From the NCBI GenBank assembly GCA_963803415.1, contig CAWDMI010000002.1:2723512-2787511 (forward strand): a DNA stretch of 64,000 bases, read 5' to 3'. Made by a program: the position numbers and the translations under genes. Under the pieces are notes generated by a model. That model worked only from the letters and a program-made list of their open reading frames with translations, made no database searches and was not told the origin of the DNA. Of the stretch, positions 48,497 through 58,484 are shown piece after piece (position 1 is the first letter of the stretch; the number at the start of each line of letters is the position of its first letter). This stretch comes from an uncultured delta proteobacterium (GTDB taxonomy: Bacteria; Desulfobacterota; Binatia; UBA9968).

Positions 48497-49648
48497 TTGC
48501 GGCGTAAAAGAGTTTGCTTTATCGGATACGGCTCAACGGCGTATTCAAGAAAATCTGAGGAGCCGTTGTTGTGGTATTATGCCGGAGCCATTCGCCAGGC
48601 TCTCGAGCAAACCGGCCTTCACAAAAAAGAGATCCAGGGTCTCTCCATCACGACTCAGGCCAGTCCCGATTATTCGCCCCACGTTGCCGAGCAGCTCGGG
48701 CTCGAGCTCGACTGGGTCCTCAATGGTGATTACGGCGGAGCGGGCGGCGTAATGAGCGTCCGCCGGGCGGCGGACGCGATCGAAGTGGGTCACATCGACG
48801 TCGCGGTGCTGGTCGGCGGCAACTCATTTGACAAGAGCGTCTCCCAGCAGCGGCCGCTGGAATACCAGCGCGCGAATTACGTTGACGTGTACGGCTATGG
48901 CGGACCGAACAGCCTGATGGCGTTGATTCAGCGGCTGCACATGGCGCAGTACGGCACGACCTTGGAGCAGATCGGCAAGATCGCCGTGGCGCAGAGGGAG
49001 AACGCCCTGAATAATCCACAAGCTTTGTTCCGCGCGCCGATGAGTTTTCAGGACTATCTCAACTCGCGGATGATCTCCGACCCGATTCGTCTCTTCGATT
49101 GTGTGATGCCCTGCTCGGGCGCGGAGTGCGTCATCCTGGCCTCGGAGGAGAAAGCAAAAGCCATCACTGACAAGCTTATCTATCTCGTGACCGACGCGGA
49201 GAAGGTCCATTACCAGGTTGCTGACATGCTGCCCGACAAGACCACTTTTGGTATGAAAGTGGTGGGAGAGCGGATTTTCAGCGAGGTCAGGCGAGAGGAT
49301 ATCGACTTTTTCGAGATCTACGATGACTATCCCATCGCGGTGATGATTCAGGTCGAGGATCTTGGCTACTGCAAGAAGGGCGAAGGCGGAAGATTTGTCG
49401 AAGCCCACGATCTTACCTACAGAGGTGATTTTCCGCTCAATACCGGCGGCGGGGAGCTCTCCGTCGGTCAGGCGGGATTGGCCGGAGGCTTTTTGCATAT
49501 CGTCGAGGCCTTGCGGCAACTCAGGGGCGAGGCCGATGGTCACCAGGTGAAGCAGGCGGAGCGGGCGCTGGTGACGGGGATCGGTTGGCTCAATTACGGC
49601 CATAACCTCGGCACGACGGCCGCATTGGTTTTGGAAAGGAGAAAATAA
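48497..49648 (+). CDS. Thiolase-like lipid-transfer protein (SCP-x-type thiolase)
   Basis: Thiolase-fold pattern; paired with the downstream DUF35 OB-fold gene. Confidence 0.7.
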   Translation: MRRKRVCFIGYGSTAYSRKSEEPLLWYYAGAIRQALEQTGLHKKEIQGLSITTQASPDYSPHVAEQLGLELDWVLNGDYGGAGGVMSVRRAADAIEVGHIDVAVLVGGNSFDKSVSQQRPLEYQRANYVDVYGYGGPNSLMALIQRLHMAQYGTTLEQIGKIAVAQRENALNNPQALFRAPMSFQDYLNSRMISDPIRLFDCVMPCSGAECVILASEEKAKAITDKLIYLVTDAEKVHYQVADMLPDKTTFGMKVVGERIFSEVRREDIDFFEIYDDYPIAVMIQVEDLGYCKKGEGGRFVEAHDLTYRGDFPLNTGGGELSVGQAGLAGGFLHIVEALRQLRGEADGHQVKQAERALVTGIGWLNYGHNLGTTAALVLERRK

Positions 49649-50070
49649 TGGCGGATGCGGCGCGAGCGCTGAAGAGCCTGCCAAACATCAACAAAGTCGA
49701 TCAGCCGTACTGGCAGGGCGCCGCCGTCGGCAAGCTTCTCCTACAGAAATGCAAAGCTTGCAGCAAGCTGCAGTTTTTTCCGCGCATCGTTTGCGTCAAC
49801 TGCTTCAGCGGCAATCTCGAATGGGTCCCAGCAGCCGGCACGGGAAGAGTTCACAGTTTTACCTGGGTGCGGGTGCCGCGCAATCGCGCATTCAAAGAGG
49901 AAGCGCCGATTTGCTACGTCAACATCGTCTTGGATGAAGGCGTGATTATGGAGAGCCGCCTTGTGGGCGAGCGCATTAATAACGTCAAGCTCGGCGACCG
50001 TGTTCGGGTTGCGTTCCAGGATACCGTCGATCCGTTAATCAAACTTCCGGTATTCAAGTTGGCAGGCTAG
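49648..50070 (+). CDS. Zn-ribbon/OB-fold (DUF35) partner of the SCP-x thiolase
   Basis: CKACSKLQFFPRIVCVNC zinc ribbon followed by an OB-fold; the start overlaps the thiolase stop. Confidence 0.7.
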   Translation: MADAARALKSLPNINKVDQPYWQGAAVGKLLLQKCKACSKLQFFPRIVCVNCFSGNLEWVPAAGTGRVHSFTWVRVPRNRAFKEEAPICYVNIVLDEGVIMESRLVGERINNVKLGDRVRVAFQDTVDPLIKLPVFKLAG

Positions 50071-50128
50071 CGATTTTAGATTGGCGATTCTCGGTTTTGG
50101 ATTCAGGAAAGACAAAAGAGGGCAGCGC

Positions 50129-50926
50129 ATGGAATTTCACAACATCATTTACGAATTGAGAGATCAGATCGGCCGGGTGACGTTCAATCGGCCCGAGTCG
50201 ATGAATGCCATCAACGGGCAGATGAGTCGGGAAATCATCGATGCCTGCCGGGAGGCGGATGAGGACGGCCAGGTTAGAGTGGTCGTCTTTACCGGGGCCG
50301 GGGAAAAGGCTTTCTCGGCGGGCATGGATTTGAAGGAAAGAGCCAGTGGGACGACGCCTACGTATCTCGACCGGCGGCAGCGAAAGCTCGCACCGGTGAT
50401 CAGCACGCACGCACGCGCCGTGGCATCGATCTCGAAGCCGACCATCGCGGCTGTCCGCGGGTATTGTCTGGGCGGCGGCCTGGAAATGGCGCTCGCCTGC
50501 GACTTCCGGTTCGCCTCCGAAGACGCGAAGCTGGGTTTGACCGAAGTCAGAATGGGTTTGATTCCGGGCGCGGGCGGCACGCAGAGATTAACGCGACTCG
50601 TCGGTCCGGCGAAGGCGTTAGAGATCTGCATGACGGGCGATGCGGTCAGCGGCGTCGAGGCGCACCGCATCGGTATTGTCAATGACGTCGTGCCCGCCGG
50701 CGCCTTGATGAAAAGGGTCGAGGAATTCGCCGGCAGGCTGATCAAAGGGGCGCCGATCTCGCTATCGTTTCTAAAGGAGGCTATTTACAAAGGGAGCGAG
50801 ATGCCTTTGGACGATGGCCTGCGGCTCGAAGCGGACCTCTCCGCCCTGATCGCGACGACTGAAGACAGCAAGGAAGGCCCGCGTGCGTTTGTCGAAAAGC
50901 GAGCGCCGATATGGAAGGGGAAATAG
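50129..50926 (+). CDS. Enoyl-CoA hydratase (crotonase)
   Basis: Crotonase motifs VVVFTGAGEKAFSAGMDL and GYCLGGGLEMALACD. Confidence 0.85.
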   Translation: MEFHNIIYELRDQIGRVTFNRPESMNAINGQMSREIIDACREADEDGQVRVVVFTGAGEKAFSAGMDLKERASGTTPTYLDRRQRKLAPVISTHARAVASISKPTIAAVRGYCLGGGLEMALACDFRFASEDAKLGLTEVRMGLIPGAGGTQRLTRLVGPAKALEICMTGDAVSGVEAHRIGIVNDVVPAGALMKRVEEFAGRLIKGAPISLSFLKEAIYKGSEMPLDDGLRLEADLSALIATTEDSKEGPRAFVEKRAPIWKGK

Positions 50927-51012
50927 GAAAGTAAAAAGGTAAAAGTAAAATAAGAATGAAGAAGAAGGAAAAGTACAAAGGTAAGACGTAAAAAGCCAAA
51001 GCCAAGAAAAGG
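50927..51012. repeat. Roughly 85-bp purine-rich (A+G about 90%) intergenic tract
   Basis: ggaaataggaaagtaaaaaggtaaaagtaaaataagaatgaagaagaaggaaaag... read directly. This is unusual in a high-GC context. Confidence 0.5.
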
Positions 51013-51016
51013 CAAC

Positions 51017-52546
51017 ATGGAGATTCCGCTAATCATCGGCGACGCGCTCCGGCGCAATGCGGCTAAATACCCGCTGAAGGTTGCTCTGCACGATTGTGCC
51101 CGGGAAATCACTTATGGAAAGCTTAACGACAGGGTTAACAGGCTGGCGAATAGTCTTTTAGATAGCGGAGTTCAAAAGAGCGATCCGGTCGCGCTTCTGG
51201 TCGGCAACCGAATCGAACATCTGGAGATCGTCTTGGCCCTGGCAAAGATCGGCGCCCTGGCGATTCCTTTGGACGTGAAATGGCGTGCCCTGGAGATAGC
51301 TTCGACGCTCACGTCGTTGCAGCCGGTACTGCTATTCATGGAGCCGGGTTGTCTGAAGGAACTCAGCGCGGCGAAGAAACAAGAACACGCGCCGGGTTCT
51401 ATCAGGGCTGTCACGCTTGATGACGAAAGCTACACGGCAATGCTTGAAAACCCGAGATGCCAAGAGCCAGAGGTCGAGGTGACCGAAAGCGATCCGTTCA
51501 TGGTGCTGATTACTTCAGGAACGACGGGCTTTCCCAAGGGGTGTGTCAGCAACCACCGAACTTATGTTCTTCATTGCATCAACAATGCGATCGAAAAGGG
51601 GTTGGGAGTTCATGACCGGGCGTTGCTCTCCTCGCCGATTTACTTCAATCACGGGCGGTCTTATACGCTCGGGATGCTCTATTTTGGCGCCACCGTGTTC
51701 ATGCATTCGCATTTCGATCCCAAGGAAGTCTTGAACACGATCGAGCGAGAAAAAATTACTTACCTGGGCGCCGTTCCCACAATGTGCGAACGTCTTCTGC
51801 AAGTCCAAGAGTGGGCGAGATATGATACCAGCTCGCTTCGTTGCCTGGCCATCACCGGCGGCAAGGTGCATCCGACCGTTCTCGAAGAGCTAAAGAAATA
51901 CATCACGCCCAACATCTACCGGACTTATGCCTCCACCGACTCCGGGCAGATGGCGATTTCCAAACCGCACGATATGGAAAACAAACCGATGTCGGCGGGG
52001 CGCCCGGTATGGTGTGTGGAGCTCCGCATCGTGGACGAGAGCGGCACGGCTGTTCCCGCGGGGGAGATCGGGGAGATCATCTGCAAGAGCCCTCTCGCCA
52101 CTCAAGGATATTACAAAAACCCGCAAGCCACGTCGGCGTCGTTCCGCGATGGCTGGTTTCACACCGGGGATTTAGGCTACTTCGACGAGGAAGGATACCT
52201 CTATATTACGGGGCGGAAAAAGGACATGATCAAGAGCGGCGGAGTCAGCATCTATCCCCTGGAGATCGAGAGCGTTCTCTACAGTCATCCCAATGTTCTT
52301 GAAGCCGCCGTGATCGGAGTCCCCGATCCGGACTGGGGAGAAGCTGCCAAGGCCGTCGTGGTTCTTAAAGAGAGTGCTCCAGGCGGGGAGACGGAGCTGA
52401 TCGCGTTTTGCAAGCAACGTTTGGCCGGCTATAAAGTCCCCAAGTCGGTAGAAGTCGTCTTCTCATTGCCCCACACCGAAGCGGGAAAGGTGGCGAAAAA
52501 AGAGCTTAAGGCGCTGCTGGCGCATGATGATAAACGTGAGGTCTGA
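51017..52546 (+). CDS. AMP-dependent synthetase/ligase (acyl-CoA synthetase)
   Basis: AMP-binding motif LITSGTTGFPKG and the C-terminal GRKKDMIKSGG. Confidence 0.85.
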   Translation: MEIPLIIGDALRRNAAKYPLKVALHDCAREITYGKLNDRVNRLANSLLDSGVQKSDPVALLVGNRIEHLEIVLALAKIGALAIPLDVKWRALEIASTLTSLQPVLLFMEPGCLKELSAAKKQEHAPGSIRAVTLDDESYTAMLENPRCQEPEVEVTESDPFMVLITSGTTGFPKGCVSNHRTYVLHCINNAIEKGLGVHDRALLSSPIYFNHGRSYTLGMLYFGATVFMHSHFDPKEVLNTIEREKITYLGAVPTMCERLLQVQEWARYDTSSLRCLAITGGKVHPTVLEELKKYITPNIYRTYASTDSGQMAISKPHDMENKPMSAGRPVWCVELRIVDESGTAVPAGEIGEIICKSPLATQGYYKNPQATSASFRDGWFHTGDLGYFDEEGYLYITGRKKDMIKSGGVSIYPLEIESVLYSHPNVLEAAVIGVPDPDWGEAAKAVVVLKESAPGGETELIAFCKQRLAGYKVPKSVEVVFSLPHTEAGKVAKKELKALLAHDDKREV

Positions 52547-52701
52547 ACTTGTCCGACCATGCAGAGCATAAGCTATTGATTTAGATATGGCCAGTAAAAG
52601 GGGACGCTGCAACAGCCATAGACCCCCATAACAGTCATTCTGGGATTCGTATTAGATTGACATCTTTAAAGGTGAGCGACAGTAACCGAGGAGGTGATGT
52701 T

Positions 52702-53820
52702 ATGAAGCTTAAGTATATCCAGATTGTGTTTTGCGTGGCAGTCTTGGGGGTGTTCGCGGGCAGCGCGGGAGTGGCGGCGGCGCCGAGCGCGGAACTGGCG
52801 AAGGCGAAGAAAGAAGCCGAGTCCAAAGGCTACGTGTTCTATGCCAACCGGGCCGAGATCGTTGCCAAGGCGAAGGAAGAAGGTCACGTTCGGGTGTTGA
52901 GCAATATGGACCCGGACAATATTGAAGAGCTGCGTAAAGCTTTCATGAAGCAGTACCCGTTCATCGACGCGCGCGCGGAGAGAATTTCCGGTGTCGACGG
53001 AGGGCAACGATTTGCGCTCGAACTGCAGGCCGGGAGAAGCAACTGGGACGTCTTTGAGGTCGCGCAGGAATTGTATCAGGACTTCCTGCCGCAACTTAAG
53101 AAGTTCGATATCTTGGGGATGGCGAAGGTGGGGGTCCTCCAAATTCCGGGTGAGATTATTGATCCGACAAACCGCAACGTTGTCAGTCTCGCAAGCACGA
53201 TCTACAGTCTCTCCTATAATAAGAACCTGGTCACCCCCGAAAGGGTGCCGAACCGGTGGGAGGATTTCCTCAGGCCCGAATTCAAGGGCCGGAAGTTTAT
53301 GGTCGAAATTCGCCCGACGGGGATGGCGACTCTAGCGGCCGGGCTCGGCGAAGAATGGATGCTAGACTACGCGCGCAAGCTCAAAGATCAGGACCCGGTC
53401 TGGGTGCGCGGGATTAGCCGTGCCATTACTGCGATTGCGAGCGGCGAACAGGCCATGCTGCATTTGTCCTACTATCACTCGTGTATACGGGCGAAACGAA
53501 AGGACGTTTCCAACTCCCTCGAGTGTAAGCTCATAGAGCCGGTGCCGGTGCGCACCCAGGAAATGACTTCGGTCGCGCGCATCTCGCCCTATTCCCACGC
53601 CGCTCTGTTATGGCTGGAGTTTCAGATCTCGCCGACGGCGCAGGCGATCATCGAAAGCCGCGAGCCTAAGACATCGGTCTTTGTGCCCGGCTCCGAGGCG
53701 GCTAAAGTGACGCAGGGAAAGAAACTCGCGGTGAATAGCTGGGACACGCTACCGAACAGCAACAAGTGGGAGAAGAGTGCGCTCAATGCTTTCGGCCTTC
53801 CCCAGGCAACGTTGAAATAA
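52702..53820 (+). CDS. Orphan ABC-type substrate-binding protein (iron(III)/polyamine-like), paralog of the gene at 56518
   Basis: Signal peptide and SBP pattern; it shares an N-terminal KKEAESKGYVFYANRAEIVAKAKEEG block with the ORF at 56518. Confidence 0.65.
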   Translation: MKLKYIQIVFCVAVLGVFAGSAGVAAAPSAELAKAKKEAESKGYVFYANRAEIVAKAKEEGHVRVLSNMDPDNIEELRKAFMKQYPFIDARAERISGVDGGQRFALELQAGRSNWDVFEVAQELYQDFLPQLKKFDILGMAKVGVLQIPGEIIDPTNRNVVSLASTIYSLSYNKNLVTPERVPNRWEDFLRPEFKGRKFMVEIRPTGMATLAAGLGEEWMLDYARKLKDQDPVWVRGISRAITAIASGEQAMLHLSYYHSCIRAKRKDVSNSLECKLIEPVPVRTQEMTSVARISPYSHAALLWLEFQISPTAQAIIESREPKTSVFVPGSEAAKVTQGKKLAVNSWDTLPNSNKWEKSALNAFGLPQATLK

Positions 53821-53919
53821 CGCGGGTTCCTGGACCTTCCCCCTTCGCCTTGAGCTTGTTGTAGGCGAACCGGAGTTTCCAGCAAGCTGCTAGGCTTAAA
53901 CCGAAAGGAGAACAGGACG

Positions 53920-55107
53920 ATGTGGAAAGGGTTTAAAGTCATCGATGCGGACGCGCACATGCATGAGCCGCAATATTTGTGGGAGCGTTATGTCGAGCCC
54001 GAATACCGGGACCGAGTCCCGAAAGTCGCCTTCATGGACGGGATCCGGATGGTTTACGCCCCCGACGGTAAGATCATCACGAAGGGGGAGATGCAGCGTC
54101 GTTCTCTGGATAGCGAAAAAGCGGAGATGGAGAAAAAATACGGTGAAGCTTATCGCACCTGGTGGTCGCCGGAAACACGCCTCAAAGTTATGGACGACTA
54201 TGGTTGGGATATTCAAGTCTGCCTGCCAACCGCCAATAACGGCAACTTCGCTTATCGCGTCGCGCTCAAGGATGTCGCGCTCGGGTCGGCGATGTGCCGG
54301 GCCTACAATAACTGGTGTCATGAATACTGTAGTGCCGATTCCAAGCGGCTGAAGTTCGTGGCTGTTTTACCGGGCGGGGATGCCGGTGAGATGGTCAAAG
54401 AAGCGCGCCGCGCGGTAGAGAAACTCGGGGCCGTATCGGTCAGGAATCCTGTGCTGCCGGAGGGCAGATGGTTGCACGAACCCGAGTACGACGCTCTCTG
54501 GAAGTTGGCGTGTGATCTGGACTTTCCAATTTCCGCGCACGGAGAGTATCGGCATCTCCGGTTCCAGCCTTTTGAATACAATAAGGATTCGCAGTTTGCC
54601 GACAACGAACAGCTTAACAAGCAGCGCCTTTCTCTCAGGGGACTGGACCATGCTCTAGGGTTCCCTTTCGACAACATGACTACCCTCGGCTATTTCATCT
54701 TCACTGGAATCCTGGAACGGTTCCCCAAACTGCGGCTGGGGGTTTTGGAGTCGAACGCCGGGTGGCTGCCTTTCTGGCTTGGCCGAATGGACGATCACAC
54801 GCACGGGCGCAACAGCGTCATGGGGAATGCGGTGGATCGGTTACCGCTGCGTCCGACCGAGTACTTCATGCGCCAGTGCACGCTGGCCTGCGACAGCGAC
54901 GAACGGGCTCTGAAATACGTGGTGGATTACCTGGATGGTGAAAACATGGTCTGGAATACCGATTACCCGCATCCAGATGCGCCCGAGCCCGCCGAGGCGC
55001 TGCCAGACTTGGATGCGCAGCCGATCTCTGAAGAAGCCAAGCGCAAGATTTTGTGGGACAATGCGGTAAAGCTGTATGGATCGAGGATTCTGTCCCGCAC
55101 GCCATAA
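53920..55107 (+). CDS. Amidohydrolase-2 family (TIM-barrel metal-dependent hydrolase, ACMSD-like)
   Basis: VIDADAHMHEP metal-binding start; C-terminal DYPHPD motif. Confidence 0.75.
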   Translation: MWKGFKVIDADAHMHEPQYLWERYVEPEYRDRVPKVAFMDGIRMVYAPDGKIITKGEMQRRSLDSEKAEMEKKYGEAYRTWWSPETRLKVMDDYGWDIQVCLPTANNGNFAYRVALKDVALGSAMCRAYNNWCHEYCSADSKRLKFVAVLPGGDAGEMVKEARRAVEKLGAVSVRNPVLPEGRWLHEPEYDALWKLACDLDFPISAHGEYRHLRFQPFEYNKDSQFADNEQLNKQRLSLRGLDHALGFPFDNMTTLGYFIFTGILERFPKLRLGVLESNAGWLPFWLGRMDDHTHGRNSVMGNAVDRLPLRPTEYFMRQCTLACDSDERALKYVVDYLDGENMVWNTDYPHPDAPEPAEALPDLDAQPISEEAKRKILWDNAVKLYGSRILSRTP

Positions 55108-55419
55108 CTTCGTAACGGGAGACCCTTTGTAGTACCATAGTTGAAAGTCTTCGCAGCTTGCGCAAAATTCTAAGGCGGTCCATTATCACGAATTCGTCTG
55201 TCGACGAAAGACTTCTCACCACGGAGGTCGCGAAGGACACGAAGACCGGATGACGCAGAGAACAGCGAATCCGAAAGAAAATGTTTTCTTCCTTCGTGCG
55301 CTGCGTGGTCAAAATTCTTACTTTGGTTGCGGCCCAGCCGCGCGGAGGTATGACGGGGTGCCTATCCGTGATGCGCTGGAGCGCGTTGTAGAACGGAGCG
55401 GGAAAAGGAGAACTAAGAT

Positions 55420-56451
55420 ATGATTGCGAAAAACTATCGGGCTTGGAGTTTCGTCATTATCGCTTTTTCGCTGGCCTTCGGTTCGGTTGCGAGAGGCGCT
55501 TCTGAGGACGTTGTTAAAGCGGCTAACAAAGAAGGCAGCGTCCTTCTGTACGGCGGCGCCACTCTTCAACACATGACCCTGTTAAGCGAAAACTTTAACC
55601 GGCAGTATCCTGGTATCAAGGTCAATTACCTGCGTAAATCGGGATCCTCGCTGTTCGAGCTAATTATTCGAGAGCTGCGGGCCAAAACGTATAATGCCGA
55701 CGCTTATGTGCCGATCACGATCGATCAGGCGATCTATCTCGCGGAACGCAAGCTTTTGTCCCGCTACGCTTCGCCCGAGCGGGCTTCCATACCAGAGCAG
55801 TTCAAAGACCGGGAAGGATACTGGACAACTCTTTATCAGACGGGACATGTTTATGCCTATAACACTCAACTTGTGGATCCTAAGGACGTCCCACATTCCT
55901 ACGAGGATTTACTCCAGCCCAAATTTAGGGGAAAAATCATGATGGACGAGGGAGAAGAGCTGTGGTACGCGTCCGTGCTGGAGATCATGGGCCGGGAGAA
56001 AGGGTCGAGCTTTATGCGCGCGCTCGCGCAGCAGAAGCCCCAGTTCCAAGGGAGCAAAACCCTGATGATGCAGCTCTTGTGTGCAGGCGAGGTGGCGTTG
56101 GCGTTCCCGGTCAATTTCAATCAGGCCAATGAGGCCGTGAAAAAGGGGTGTCCGGCCGATTGGGTTGTGATTGAGCCGCAAACCCAGCGCCCGCCATTCG
56201 TCATTGCGATGGCCCAAAACGCGCCACATCCTGCGGCGGCAAAGGTGTTGATCGATTTTCTGCTCTCTAAAGAGGCGCAGAAGTTCATGCAGGAAAACAT
56301 CTTCCGGCAATCTCCAAGGGCGGATGTCGAGCCGAGCGGGGATTTGACAAAACTGAAAGGAGTTCGTGTTTGGAAATCCGATTGGAACGGGATCTTTAAA
56401 AACCATGATGCGTACAGAGACGCGTATAGAAAAATTTTCAATCTCTCATAG
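55420..56451 (+). CDS. Orphan iron(III)-type ABC substrate-binding protein
   Basis: Signal peptide and FbpA/AfuA-like pattern (VLLYGGATLQHMTLLSENFNRQYPGIKVNY). Confidence 0.65.
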   Translation: MIAKNYRAWSFVIIAFSLAFGSVARGASEDVVKAANKEGSVLLYGGATLQHMTLLSENFNRQYPGIKVNYLRKSGSSLFELIIRELRAKTYNADAYVPITIDQAIYLAERKLLSRYASPERASIPEQFKDREGYWTTLYQTGHVYAYNTQLVDPKDVPHSYEDLLQPKFRGKIMMDEGEELWYASVLEIMGREKGSSFMRALAQQKPQFQGSKTLMMQLLCAGEVALAFPVNFNQANEAVKKGCPADWVVIEPQTQRPPFVIAMAQNAPHPAAAKVLIDFLLSKEAQKFMQENIFRQSPRADVEPSGDLTKLKGVRVWKSDWNGIFKNHDAYRDAYRKIFNLS

Positions 56452-56517
56452 CTCGGGGCTGCTAGGGAGCGAAAGCCCTCCGGCCGCGAAGTCTTACGAA
56501 TAGGAGGAACAGGAGCG

Positions 56518-57633
56518 ATGAAATTTATGCTCGCGATCACTCTTGCCGTCGTGCTGGGATGGTGCGTTGTACCGTGTGTCTTCGCCGGGCAAGCAAGCCC
56601 ATTACTAGTAAAGGCCAAGCAGGATGCAGAGGCGAAGGGTTATGTCTTTTATGTCAACCACGATGAAATCGTGGCCAAGGCCCAGAAGGAGGGCAAGCTG
56701 CGCATTCTCGTCAATATGGAGGTGCCCACCCTCAAAGCAGCCGCCAAGGCGTTCGGGCAGAGGTATCCGTTCATCAACCTGCACGCCGAGGAAATTACCG
56801 GTATCGAGATGGTACAGCGCACCGTCTTGGAGATGAAGAGCGGGCAGGCCAAGGACTGGGATGTTATGTATGCGAGCCGGGACCTGTACAGCGAATACCC
56901 GCCCTATCTGTGGAAGGTTGACCTCTTAGGTATGGCCGAGCAGGGGGTCCTGCAAATTCCTCCACAGATGATAGACCCGAAAAACCGCGACATCGGCGCC
57001 TTTTATAGCCGTCTTGTGGTTTCTTCCTATAACAAGACTCTCTTACCTCCGGACCAGGTGCCCAAGACTTGGGAAGACTTTCTAAAACCCGAATTCAAAG
57101 GCAGAAAGTTTGCCGTGGATATCGGCCCCAGATCGATTGCGGCGTTGGTCCCTGCCTGGGGCTTGGAGAAGACCTTGAACTATGCTCGCGCGCTGGCAGC
57201 GCAGCAACCCATCTGGGTACGCGGCGTGAGCAGAACCTTGACTCAGATGATGGCCGGAGAGGTCCCGCTGATGATCGGGACCATGTATCACACGATGAGG
57301 CGAGCCCAGCTCAAAGACCGCGCGGGCGTGCTGCAACATGTTGTCTTGGAACCGGTTCCCGTCTACCTTCATTCGGAGCAGGCCATTTTAGCCACGTCCC
57401 AGAACCCGCACGCCGCGCTTTTGTGGCTGGAATGGATGGCCAGCGCCGAGTCGCAGAAACTCGCTGATGAGTACGAACCGCTGGGCTCGTCACATTACTT
57501 CAAAGGCGGCGCCGTGGAGCAAGAACTGAGAGGGAAGAAGCTTTCCTGGGTGAGTTGGGAAAACCATTCGAACCTTGAGCCATGGATGGCCAAAGTCACC
57601 GAGGCCTACGGCTTTCCCAAAGCAGACAGGTGA
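56518..57633 (+). CDS. Orphan ABC-type substrate-binding protein, paralog of the gene at 52702
   Basis: About 50% identity is visible by eye to the ORF at 52702 (AKGYVFYVNHDEIVAKAQKEG..., QPIWVRGVSR). Confidence 0.65.
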   Translation: MKFMLAITLAVVLGWCVVPCVFAGQASPLLVKAKQDAEAKGYVFYVNHDEIVAKAQKEGKLRILVNMEVPTLKAAAKAFGQRYPFINLHAEEITGIEMVQRTVLEMKSGQAKDWDVMYASRDLYSEYPPYLWKVDLLGMAEQGVLQIPPQMIDPKNRDIGAFYSRLVVSSYNKTLLPPDQVPKTWEDFLKPEFKGRKFAVDIGPRSIAALVPAWGLEKTLNYARALAAQQPIWVRGVSRTLTQMMAGEVPLMIGTMYHTMRRAQLKDRAGVLQHVVLEPVPVYLHSEQAILATSQNPHAALLWLEWMASAESQKLADEYEPLGSSHYFKGGAVEQELRGKKLSWVSWENHSNLEPWMAKVTEAYGFPKADR

Positions 57634-57719
57634 GGATGAGAGTATAGGGGCGGAGTTTGGTTCTTGCCGATTAAAGGATCAAAGTCGAAAAGCGGGCGCG
57701 CGCGTTGCGGATCGCACCC

Positions 57720-58259
57720 TCAACCTGCCGCACGAAGAGGCTCTTTTCTTTTCAGGTAAGTCTTAACCCACGTGTCGTAGAGCAATGCCACGGGATGCTC
57801 TTCCACTCTTCGAACGCCGTTTGAAGTTTGATAAATGATAACCACCGTGTGGTCGTGATTCGAAGCTAGGAGGAGGCGAGGATTCTTTTTGGCGTCCAGC
57901 ACTGCACCTGTGCCACGAAGCATATTGGATAAACAGTGAGAATTCGGCATGCCCTGGGGATCACGCCTACACGCTTTGGCGTGCTCGTCCAGCCGCGCTA
58001 TATCTTTCGAAGTATAAATCAACTCTACGTTCATCGGCGGCCGCTGGTTGGGTCCAACTCCGACCATTGGTTCCGCTTCTTCCCGCCACAGGCGGAGAAA
58101 ATTCGGGAATGACTTGACTTTTCTTTCCTGTTCCTGCGTTTGGCACCTAACTAGATAGCAATTTCCGTAGCAGACGATGTCGTAGGCTTTAGCTTGAAAT
58201 TTCTCTAGCACTTGGCCAATGACACGCAGGGTCTTGGAATAGTCGATTGAATTTCCCAT
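57720..58259 (-). CDS. Hypothetical protein (179 aa, Cys-containing, no recognisable domain)
   Basis: Clean ORF whose codon usage is consistent with its neighbours; no motif recognised. Confidence 0.4.
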   Translation of the reverse strand: MGNSIDYSKTLRVIGQVLEKFQAKAYDIVCYGNCYLVRCQTQEQERKVKSFPNFLRLWREEAEPMVGVGPNQRPPMNVELIYTSKDIARLDEHAKACRRDPQGMPNSHCLSNMLRGTGAVLDAKKNPRLLLASNHDHTVVIIYQTSNGVRRVEEHPVALLYDTWVKTYLKRKEPLRAAG

Positions 58260-58484
58260 GACAAGAATCTAACGCAAGCCCCGTGCCATTTCGCCATCGC
58301 TCCCGCGATGGCTTTTTTGTCTGTGCGCAACTGTTCTCACAGACTCAAATTGCCGCGCCGGATGCCAAGCGTGTCAATCTTGCGGGACATTGCCAGCCCC
58401 GGCTTCTGGGGAGGGAAGGTATTACCACGACCCGGCCAGAAAATCTACAACTTCCGTCTGGGCGAGGCGTGTTATTTGGGCAAC

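Noticed and set aside
48824-49684. 286-aa minus-strand ORF
   Set aside because: It is antisense to the thiolase gene.
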